A stretch of DNA of 64,000 nucleotides, from assembly GCF_000150275.1 (NCBI RefSeq), contig NW_002060948.1:248001-312000 (forward strand), written 5' to 3'. The notes under the pieces are model-generated. The model did no database searches. It saw only the letters and a list, made by a program, of their open reading frames with translations, and was not told where the DNA came from. Position numbers and translations under genes: made by a program. The stretch comes from Trichoplax adhaerens. Its lineage: Eukaryota; Animalia; Placozoa. This document shows, in pieces, positions 53,301 to 64,000 of the stretch (positions are counted from its first letter, which is position 1; each line of letters begins with the position of its first letter).

Positions 53301-54775
53301 TATTATAGCCTAGAATAATGTCAAATCCATAATTAAATGTAGCATCATGCTATAACCATCAGTCGCGGTATAATGAACATCATTTCACTTTTCTGCTCTC
53401 TCATACATGTATAGATATGATCGTTATTGTAAAATGCATTATCAAATTGGTCACCAAAAACTTCCCATAAGTAAAATAAAATATATAAACGTTGATAGAA
53501 AGGCCAGTAAATAATCAATAACGCTAGTTTAATTCCCTTAATCTAGCTGCTAATAAGTAGAATCTTTTAACTTTTTCTTACATGTACACCAATATTTAAT
53601 ATTAATCATTCGCAAATCTAAATTATTGTCAGTCTGATGATTCAAATATTAATTACTTTGATGGCATTATTCAAGAACTTGAAGGTCTAATAAAGAACTA
53701 TTTCAATCTCAAAACCTTACGTACATGTCAGTACTCTTACTGATTAGCTAACGATGGAGAAGCTTTAATCAATCTTGCACTAATATTAACTTCAAATATT
53801 GGATCTACTGAATAACGGATTATGTTAAAACTGATATCTCTCAGAATAGTCTAATACAAGTCTCTTCAATAAGCTAATGCTGAGTTTATACAGCATTTCC
53901 ACAGAGTATCATAGATACAGAACAAGATTTTACAACTTGTCCTGCATTATCTATTAATTCATAAATTGTTTTAAGCTGTAGATATTTCCTTAAATCAGAC
54001 TGTTATTATCATAACTTTGTATTTAGATAGCTCGATTATTCAGTCTAACTTGTTTTGAAGCGAGATGGATCTTCATACTATATTTGCTATGATAAGATAT
54101 TTAACTAAATGATTAAATGTAATTCAATAGAATATCTGCTATATTATATACTCCCTGACTCTTTCGTCGTAATTACTATACTTTACTAATAAACGTACTA
54201 CTCATCCTCGTTTTAAATTAAAAATAAAGATAGTACAGAATTAATCGGTAATTTTAGTAATATGCGTATGATATTCTACTTTAATTGATTTTAGTTACAG
54301 CAATTGATCTAGATATAGTAAGGATACAGGTTTATGATCATGAGTTAAATTTAATAGATAAAGGCTGTGGAATTGAATGAATATCGGTTTTCATCCTATT
54401 AACAGCATTAGGAACCTCATCTAGTGACTATTCATTAATAAGAAAATATTCTACGTATCTTATGTCAGTAGTTAACAGACAATATTTAGATATCCGTAAC
54501 TCGTAAGTTAACATTTAATGGGTTTTTTATTTGCATATTTATGAAAAAGTACGTTGTTATTTTCCAGTTAGTTTTCGGATTCAAACTAAAGTAGTAATAT
54601 GGAAAGATGCTAATTTTCTCAAGCTTTCAACAATTTTTAATTTCTTCTCGGCAATAGAAAATGTCTAGAATCTTAGTTTGCTTACTTTCTTCATATGTAA
54701 ATCATATGCACGATCTTCCCATCGCTTCTGCAATAACTTGCTTGAAGGCACGAAGCTGGGTGTTGATTGTGGCAT
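50316..54775 (-). CDS. CFAP97/KIAA1430-domain exons (CFAP97D1/D2-like; 5' part of the composite locus)
   Basis: Phase-consistent exons: 54686-54775, 52963-53043, 52349-52467, 51519-51573, 51090-51143, 50724-50807, 50536-50562, 50316-50393. Translation: SKLLQKRWEDRAYDLHMKKV...IDNKPPKEYLHLQIRMKKMKQEEDRQATIKQENRILLAKMSHIM...VDNWN...SLN...KINQENQALLGKL...PTY...WEEDF. Confidence 0.85.
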
Positions 54776-55623
54776 ATTTCCAAATTAGAATCCAATGTAA
54801 TAAGGTTTAATAATTAATTTTGGTATCTTCTCTTATTGCTATAGCTTGATGGCTATAGCTTAATTGCTACTACGATGTATTCGAATACGCTCGACGATTT
54901 GGAATTGATTTTACTATAGTTAAAGATAGTAGTTTAAGAAGATAAGATTAGAGTTATAATTACATCGGTCGTTGCATCAAAAAAATTAATCCATCCAGCA
55001 CAGCTATTTGTAAAAATTAAAATATATCAATTGATCAAGTCATTTGCATTAGCAATCTAACAGACAATCATTATTAACTTCAAATGGAATTCTAATTCAT
55101 ATCCAAAACTGATTAATTCAGGATTGATTTGCAGTAATTATAACTTTAAATCATCATTTCCATATTTAATATAAGTTGGCTATCGGTTGATAAAGGTTGC
55201 TATGGGAATATCGTCTTCAGCAATAGAGCAAGCTTACTAATGTAACAATTTCTATCGAAAGCCAGCCTTTCCTAACATTAGCTAAGTTAAAATTTAACCA
55301 AATAGATGATATAACCGGTTCAACTTGATATTGCTTCGCTATTTAGCTTACCTTTAGACCTATCGTTTGCCAATTATTTCGATTGAGTTATAATGAGCTA
55401 CCGACGGTCGTTCCCCAATTTGTCTAAACTAAGTATCACACCGTTTTGTGTACATCTTCTAAATTGATTAACAGTAAGGGTCAATTGTATGACTCATTAG
55501 GTTATAGATTGGCCATAGACTTGATTCGATAAGCTGCTGAGCTACTTTTTCCCAATACTAATAAGCATACCCAACCAGATCTTTCTACTTGTCATCAATC
55601 GACGTCAGGACACATTGTTCCGG

Positions 55624-55636
55624 GTAACCTAGCAAC
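55624..55636. promoter_or_regulatory. RFX X-box upstream of the CFAP97-domain gene
   Basis: GTAACCTAGCAAC matches GTNRCC-N(0-3)-RGYAAC. It lies in a locally GC-richer patch with GACGTCA (55601) and CCAAT (55672), ~850 bp upstream of the ATG. Confidence 0.65.
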
Positions 55637-58240
55637 CGTGAACAGCGTTGCGATCGACAACGGAGCCATAACCAATATTAATAGGTACAATGGTTTCCTT
55701 ACGTCTTAACATGAATATGAATTCTTTAATAGAGTAAACAAACCTATTAATTCGATTATCTCATATAATCATTCCGTCTTTATTACTCGAATATAGGGAC
55801 AATATCAGTTATTAGCCTTTTGGTATCGTCATGCTTCCAATGATGATATTATAAATATTGTAAATGCTCGTAGAGAGAGGAACTTATATTAATAAGTATT
55901 AACCGGAATGAAATTTACAGGAATATCCAAACAAAATTAAAGCGATAACTATACTATACTATCTTGGAATTATACTGTAGTTACACAGGCAACAGTACAG
56001 GACAGACTAAATTGTATGTCAGACATTGTGTTAATTGTAAGCAGGGTTTCGATTTTCAAGATTAGCGAAAATGTATTACAGTATTTTGAACATGTAAAAA
56101 GATGCATAGATATACTATACTATTAATATACCATAGCAGTACAACGTCTTTCACTTAAATCGCACTTAAAATACCACATTATATATAATAAAAATTTTAT
56201 TTTCTATGCTAGCTAGAATGAAACTTACAATAATATTACAGTATAATAATCAATTACAGTAATAAGCCAAATTGGATGCACTATACTATTGTCTTATACT
56301 AACCTTATTAATTAATAGAAAAGGATAGATATACCATACCAGCGTTTTATACTGTAACTACTGTATACAGAATGTTTTGACTAAGTTACTCAAGAAGAAA
56401 TAATGTATCAAAGTATTTTAAAAATTTTACATTCAATGTTAGCTGAAATCGAAACTATTTGGAATGATAAGATTGCAAATGAAAGGTGTACCACATAATC
56501 ATTTAGTTACACGATATTTTACACTGCTGTGCGGTTCGAACAAATTGTATATAAATGTTGTTATTATTTATTGTATAAATTCTAGTTTGCAACATTAGCT
56601 GGAATGGAACGTACCGGGATAATCTAACAATAATAATAGAAAATTAGATATCTTATACTGTACCACCGTCCAGTTATATTGTATCTGCGCGCATTCTTAC
56701 TAAATTCTATATAAAGTGCCATGGCATATTATGTAATTATTTACTATCGATATTCTATTACACTATTAGTTGGTATTAAACTTCTCTAAATATCCCAGCA
56801 AGTAGTGAAAAAAATAATCTGACTGAATTATATCCGAAATGTTCACATTGATATTAATTGTAGGATAAAAATTTTAATAAGCAGCTTATATAGCACAATT
56901 GCAATTATGCTAACAACAACTATGATGTTACTCTTACAGAAGTGAAACATGCCAAAGGTTGCATCAACTCGACTTCATTCGCATACGATCATATTAAACC
57001 ATGTATCATTTTTTTAAAATCACATTTAGTCACTGAAATGTGCAAACGAGTTAGCGAGGGAATTAATCCTTATCTATTTATTAAGACCATATGCATCTAC
57101 ATTATTGCTAAAGTTAAATCCAATATAGAGAAATATGAGTGGAAACTATACAATGCTTATCAGCAATATCAGAATTTCGGACGCTTATTGAACGTTAACT
57201 CACTTTTCAAAGGTATAGCTTTCAAAGACAAGAGGTAATGTCCAACTTATTTTAAGTCGATTAGATCATTCTTTCTAAGTCATTTATATTTATACATCAA
57301 ATAATTTGAAGTTTCTAGCTATAGACAATATTGCACACGTTCAGTTCGCTCAGACATAGCAGTATTATATTCATGCAATTAATACTTAGCAATGTTATAA
57401 CACTTGAAATACGAATGATAATTCTAAATTGGAAAATGCATGGGAGGATATCTCACGATAATGTTATAATTTCACAGATTATGTAGGAAAAATCAAAGGC
57501 AACATGCACAACTGTATTGTAGCAGGAAGTTTCTTAGCTTTATACAAATGAATATATTGCTAATCTAAACACTTTATCTGCTAGCATTTTTGGCGAACGA
57601 TTAAGAGGTATGCAAACATTGCTATAGAAAACTATTTAGTAGCGATTTAAAATCTACCATGAAGCATAAGCTCAGCAAAATTTTCTTTCTCAAACTATAC
57701 TAAACGAGATTTTTATCAATTTAAATCAAACAGATTTTCAAATACTAAATAATTTTTCTTGCAGTAGCCATTAAGATCGAAAGAGCAAAAATAAAATTGG
57801 ATTGATTTGACGAACAAAATCGATCTTTATTTAAAAGTTTCGATGATAAACCGTCTTAAATAAGTCATATATATATATGTTACGATAAATTTTAGAAATT
57901 TACAAATATTTGTGAATCATCCCAAATCATAGGATTTACTAAACATTCGAATTTCTCATGAATGAGGGAAAAATCTTATGAATAAGTTGATAGTCCTCAG
58001 AAATCTTGAGCATCTTAATTATCGTAATATATATTTTATATACACATTATTTCCAAAAGAATTATCTTAACAAGACCCAATTCTTTAAGAATTAAGGAAA
58101 TAAGATTGTTATGATATCAATTAACCATAGTCAACATATTTATTAACCGAACATGCAAATATGACGAAAGTAATACAATTATAAATTACAGCAAGCAAAA
58201 CACCTCTTAATTCATATTCTAGTTAAATATAGGGATAACA

Positions 58241-61200
58241 TTAATTACACCATGAAGCATCGTCTTTACACTTCAACATAAACCATTTTTGCATCAGGAT
58301 ATCGTTCGGTAAAGTATTGTAGTCGATGCTATCATCATTGGCTTTATCTTGCGTCTAGGAAAGAAAGCCAAAACATTTTAACAATATGCTACAGCAATAC
58401 CGTTATCAACACTGTTATCGCTTAGATAGCACTTAATCATTGAAAAATAAGGATATCAACGTCAGTAGACAGGCTAGGTTTTATCCCATGCTTGGTATTA
58501 ACTACATTGTCTTACTTAGAGTTTAGCTCGATACCCTAACCATATAATGTTGATATCTGTAATGAAAAGTTTATAAACTCACCAACGGCCTAGGAAATAC
58601 TCGTCTAAAGTTTCGTCTATGAACATGTTCTAGGAATGCATCGTAAAGGAATTCCGTTTGATGTTGTTGACGACATTGTAAACAAATTTGGCATTTCTAA
58701 ATTTAACAAGGCGTAAATATATCTGTCGTCAGCATACTCATCCTTCAAAAATCTAAGTTCATATTTCCTCAAGTAATTTTTTTCATCTGTATTAGGATAG
58801 TACCGATTTCACTAATGGGCATATTTTAAGATGAGCACTTACATCACTTTTACAAGCTGAACAATCGGCACCAGAGCAAATATCATAACCAACTTGAACG
58901 TCACGATAGCAGATTTTCATTATTTCTTCATCGGGCGAACTAATTTAATGATTACATTTAGAAAGCGAATTAAAATGCAATATAATTATAAAATAGTAAT
59001 TCCATGCCTACAATACATTGATATTGAGGAATTACTGCATTATAAAGTGAAATTATTGATTTACGCGGGATACTAAATAAAGATCAATGTACCTTTGGAC
59101 AACAGTTCGAGGAGTAAGAGATGCTACACCAATTAGACTAAGGAGATTATACATAACTTGTTCATATAGTAGCTTATTTGGTGGATGAACAGCAGATGAT
59201 AAGTTCGGCGACATATTTACCTGTTAATAACATTATGACGTTTCTGTAAGTATCACTATTGAGAGTATTTAAATAGACGTGAAATTTATAGAGATTACCT
59301 CCATTAACCAGACATTCATCTTGCTATCTACTACGAAATCGAATCGAACCATTTCGAAAAAATTTCTGAAGGCAGAATGAGAAAATAATACTTCAATTGC
59401 AATATATATATAACTTTCTTCATAAGGTACTAAAGGCAGTGCATATACTATTTTTCTGAAAAAATTATCGTAGCTATCAGAAATAATACCAAGCAAGCAT
59501 TTTTATTTTATAAATCATGATTTATTACAATGCATTATCTGTTGATTAGTATCATATAAACCTAACAGCTGCTGTTACCTTGTACTTTTATATCTTCTGG
59601 TCGTCGCTAGTATCTCAGCTTTCTTATTCAAATAAACCTAATTCATTGGTAATAACCCAAATAAAACTAGATCAAGCATTCATCTCATAATGAATAATAA
59701 ATTTCATAAACGCTAACAAATATGCTAAACTTGAAATATGAAAGTATGCATCACATAAGATTAATTCTTCACTAGTGGTGATTTTAATAAAATTTGAAAT
59801 TTGAAGTAAATTTACAAAAAATTTAAAATAAATTATAGCTGCTGTCACATCTGCATTACCTGAACGATAGCCTCATTAATATCTGCCCAAAGTTTCTTAT
59901 AATTAAAGCCTTAATTTATCGAAATAGGTTACCATAGTTATTGAAGTATTACAAAATATTGGTCTTATCTGTTACAGTAAAACACATAAGCTAGAACATC
60001 CAATGATAGCATTTAATTAATTAAAACTATCTACCTTTCCGTCTTAAAAATGCATTCAACGACTGTTTGTGACTAAATTGCCCATCACTGTACATCTTCT
60101 TGAGTGAAGGAATCTGAAAAACGCTACTAATTAGTAAAGTTAAATCTTCGTTCTATTTCATAGTAACGAATACACACTTGTATTACGCATATATCAGTAG
60201 CAAACATAATATAATCTATCATTTCTTCAATACACTGCTTGTCCAGTTCATATACTGTACAAACTAACCTCCCATGTAGGAGTATAATCATCAGCCACAA
60301 CATATTGCCGTGTATTAGTTACATCAAGAGGGAGGTAGTCTTTTGGACAAAATCTACGATCAAAAGCGACCATGAATTATTTCATAGAGTAAATAATTTT
60401 ACTTTAAATTTAATATTTTAAACGCAAGTAATAAATTGACTTCAAAACTGCTTTCGTGTTGCAAACAGCCATACAAAGTTGATTGACTTTATTCGTATTT
60501 TCATTTGTTAATGCTAACCGAAGTAAAGCTTCTTCATCATAAACATATACTCGTAATGGAGACACAGATGTCATAACTGTATAGATTCCTATGTCAAATT
60601 TTCTTTTTATCGTTCGAGATAATAGAAAGGATAAAATTAAAGTGTTAGCGGTAAACATCATCGGTGCGCTTTCAGATATCATTTATATCATTGTATCTGA
60701 TCACCTTCCATCAATTAGTAAAGGATCCATAACGTATTCTTGGACGAAAACTTTTTTCGACTTTGATGACAGATCCATTTCTATTTATATATATATATAT
60801 TATACATATAAAAATATTGGATTTATGTGATTTGCATGAAAGTATTCGCACTGTCTCAGGCATATAAACGGCTAGTATACGAGTATAATACTCTAAATCG
60901 TATGTATATTATCAACTAAAAAGAAATTTACTTACAAGGATCATATCTACATCTACACAAATTTTTTGAACAAAAGTGTTTGCAACTGATACTCACCTTC
61001 AATCTTACGAATGAAAATTCCGCGATGAGCATTACTTTTTTGAACATATAACTGATTAGGTTTCAATTTAGCCTATGGCGATAATAATCACAATTAATAC
61101 GGAATAATTGACTATTAACCCATACATTTAGGCTCCTAAAATATGTAATGTATTTTAAAAATAGGTACGAACATCTCTTAATAGCTTTTCTTTATCTTCT

Positions 61201-61950
61201 GGAATCTTGTAAGCTTTCGGTGTGAAAGAAAATCCGCTTGTGGCTAGAGAAGCTTTATTTGTTATGAACCCTGAGCCAGGAAATTTGTTAACCTTAAAAA
61301 TACGAGAATCGATTATAATTTTGTGTAAAATGGATCCAAAACTCAAGTGCTGCTTTACAGCCATATTTAAATTCCACAGTATAAGCAAACCTTTTGATGA
61401 GGCTTCATTTGTCGTATCATGTTGTAAACCTTCGTTTCGGTGAATGGATACTCATGCGACCATAAAACATCCCATTTTTGTGGAAAGTCCTTTTTCATAA
61501 CATAACCAACACGTTCGAAGACTTTTATAGGATGATCTAGATATCCTTTCTCGATCTTATAATAAAAGTAAAAATTCTACGCTGAAATCTGTTGTTATAC
61601 TGCACTATCAGGTTCATATTTATTTGTCAAACACGCTACTTATAATTATTTATTAATTTAAAATTGCAAGCGAAGATATTAAAATGAAACGATAGCAAAA
61701 AAATAATTAATTGATTGATATTAAATATTTATAAACAAACGTCTTTTGCATGAAACCAAACCACGGGAGCAGTTTTTTTCTTTTCTTGAACGACAGCATC
61801 ACCAACTCTTTCATTAACTGTTTTGATAGTTTGTTCTCTTAGCTGACCAACTAAATATCTTAATTCAAAGATATTGACTGTCATGACAGTGACGCCGATC
61901 AACAGCAGCAAGACGACAGCACGGTTATATCTCATTGACATGCTGAACAT
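58241..61950 (-). CDS. Tubulin-tyrosine-ligase-like ATP-grasp ligase, invertebrate TTLL15 type, with N-terminal hydrophobic anchor
   Basis: Exons encode WDVLWSHEYPF, QKVNKFPGSGFITNK, FVQEYVMDPLLIDGRKFDIGIY, RFCPKDY, NFFEMVRFDFVVD..VWLMEVNMSPNL, a Cys-rich segment and KCKDDASWCN*. N-terminus: RAVVLLLLIGVTVMTVNIF. Confidence 0.88.
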
Positions 61951-62380
61951 AGATAGATTTCTGCTACTACATATCTACAAATGATGAGGGAAAAATTATT
62001 TTAATATGCAAATAACGTCAAAATTAGCTGTATTAATTATTTAGTTTGAATAATCTCTTAATTTATAATTTACAAAGGGTTATTTTTATGCAGATAACTG
62101 GAACAGATCAGTTAATGTGCAAGCTTACAGAAAAAGATTGATCAAAATTTCTCGACCGTATCATGAGCACTGAGGAGATTACTTGATTTAAAAATGATAG
62201 TCAAGTAATCGATTGTTTGACTAGAACTACGTACTTTATTTTTAGAAGTTAAACAACTGTAGAAGCCTCTTGTAATATATAATGCTCATCTATGTTATCA
62301 ACCAAACAATTGAAATAGAAGATAATTGACGATACCAAATACAATAATTTTACACGGCACTTTCTGATGAAATATCCGAT

Positions 62381-63074
62381 ATTCGATAGGTTGCTGTAAT
62401 GAAGCTTTGTTCCTATTTCCATCGATACAGTACTAATTCATCTATTATTATTATAGTTAAGTATCGGGAATCACTATTATGTTTCTTTAATTAAAGTGTA
62501 ACAAGAGCAAATCGCTTGAACTAAAACCTAAATGCCAAAATGAAATCTTTTGCAATTAGAATTCACTACCTGCCTTTTACTAACTATGAATTCATTGCAG
62601 TAAATGATCGATGTGTACTATATTGCAATGTTTTTGCAATGCACGTGAAAGAATTATTGTACTCGTATGCAATGACTACATCATATAAACAAAGCAAGGA
62701 GCAGGAGTTTCTTAACGCTTTAATAGGGATTCGATAGGTTACTATAATGAAGCTTTGTTCCTATTTCCATCGATACAGTGCTAATTCATCTATTATAGAG
62801 TTTAGTATCGGGAATCACTTTTATGTTTCTTTAATTAAAGTGCAATAAGAGCAAATCGCTTGAACTAAAACCTAAATGCCAAAATGAAATCGTTTGCAAT
62901 TAAAATTCACTACCTGCCTTTTACTAACTATAAATTCATTGCGGTAAATGATCGATGTGTACTATATTGCAATGTTTTTGCAATGCACGTGAAAGAATTA
63001 TTGTACTCGTATGCAATGACTACATCATATAAACAAAGCAGGGAGCAGGAGTTTCTTAATGCTTTAATAGGGAT
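62381..63074. repeat. Near-identical ~345 bp tandem duplication upstream of the TTLL gene
   Basis: Copies start ATTCGATAGGTT at 62381 and 62729. They explain the duplicated spurious ORFs 62540-62737 and 62884-63090. Confidence 0.96.
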
Positions 63075-64000
63075 CGTTTATCAATTTTAGCCACCAATAT
63101 AACAATTAAATTAAGTCATGACGCACAATTCTCATTTATAATTAATTAAAAATGAGCGAAAAGGATAAAGATCCAATGTAATGGAGTAGATATCAAAAGT
63201 GATGTCTACCCCGACAACCCAATGTCCAGATGAAATCCGATAAAGTACTACCCATTCAAAATGTATTAACGGTTAAATGCTTTGTCATTCCCTATACAGT
63301 ACTTATGCACTTTACTTTATGTACGCATTATCTAAAATAATTCTGTGATAACCCGTAATGAATGAATAATTCCAAGCAAAATGTACCGGCAAAATCGTGC
63401 GGTATTATATAATACCGCGAATATCGATTTGACAACTATCCAATCCTCGAATACCGCTAGCAAACTTAACCACATTCGTATATTCCTGTATCAGGACTAT
63501 CACTACACGTCTATTCCTTGCAAATAAGAGGTGCTCCGCTATCCCAATACTATATCGTTTTTTTGACTGAATCATATTCATGTCTCATGCCTACGTTAGA
63601 TCCCATCAGGCCATCATCGCTCTCATTTATTCTACAGGATAGGCGATCTTAAGTTTACTACTTTCTGATATCAATAGCGTTGAATGCGTACAAATAAAGT
63701 ATAACTCACATCGTTATTGTATTCTCACTCTACAAGTTTCGCCGAATCCATCCTTAAGTTCAGAATAAGCTCTACCGTCATTGATAACAAGGATAGATTG
63801 TATGCTAAGCTATTCCACAGTTCTGATAGACAAATAAAGACAGTACGCCTCTAACGAGCGGGTGTTCGACTAGTTACCGTCATATCTAATTGGCTATACA
63901 GTCATTCTATTTACAGTTGCCTATTCGTATCAACTATAAACTGTCTGCACTCTCTTGTCATTTATTTACGTACAGTATTTGGACTAATCAAGTTAGCACT

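Noticed and set aside
62540-63090. Two near-identical 65-68 aa ORFs as a duplicated small gene
   Set aside because: By-product of the 345-bp duplication, with no domain or splice evidence.

Overview
AT-rich (roughly two-thirds A+T), gene-dense, intron-rich animal nuclear DNA with mostly 70-120 nt GT-AG introns. The compact architecture suggests a placozoan such as Trichoplax, which is an inference only. The ORF track is mostly exon fragments, so I rebuilt genes by hand from splice sites. In order: ABCB10 (-, runs off the left edge), SRBD1/Tex (+), mitochondrial PNPase PNPT1 (-), an ankyrin-repeat + C-terminal CARD gene (-), otubain (+), two tandem membrane-progestin-receptor-type PAQR paralogs (-), EXOC5/Sec10 (+), a composite locus of CFAP97/KIAA1430 domain + acidic hexapeptide repeats + degenerate annexin core (-) with an RFX X-box upstream, and a TTLL15-type ligase with an N-terminal membrane anchor (-). 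The most interesting items are: the apparent ciliary CFAP97-annexin fusion with a stop/frameshift at its junction; the ankyrin-CARD adaptor; and recurring non-coding architecture at gene 5' ends, namely inverted (TACAG)n arrays, a repeated CAGTCATGG motif that bounds a TIR-like 1.24 kb element, and local tandem duplications. No rRNA, tRNA or CRISPR was seen.
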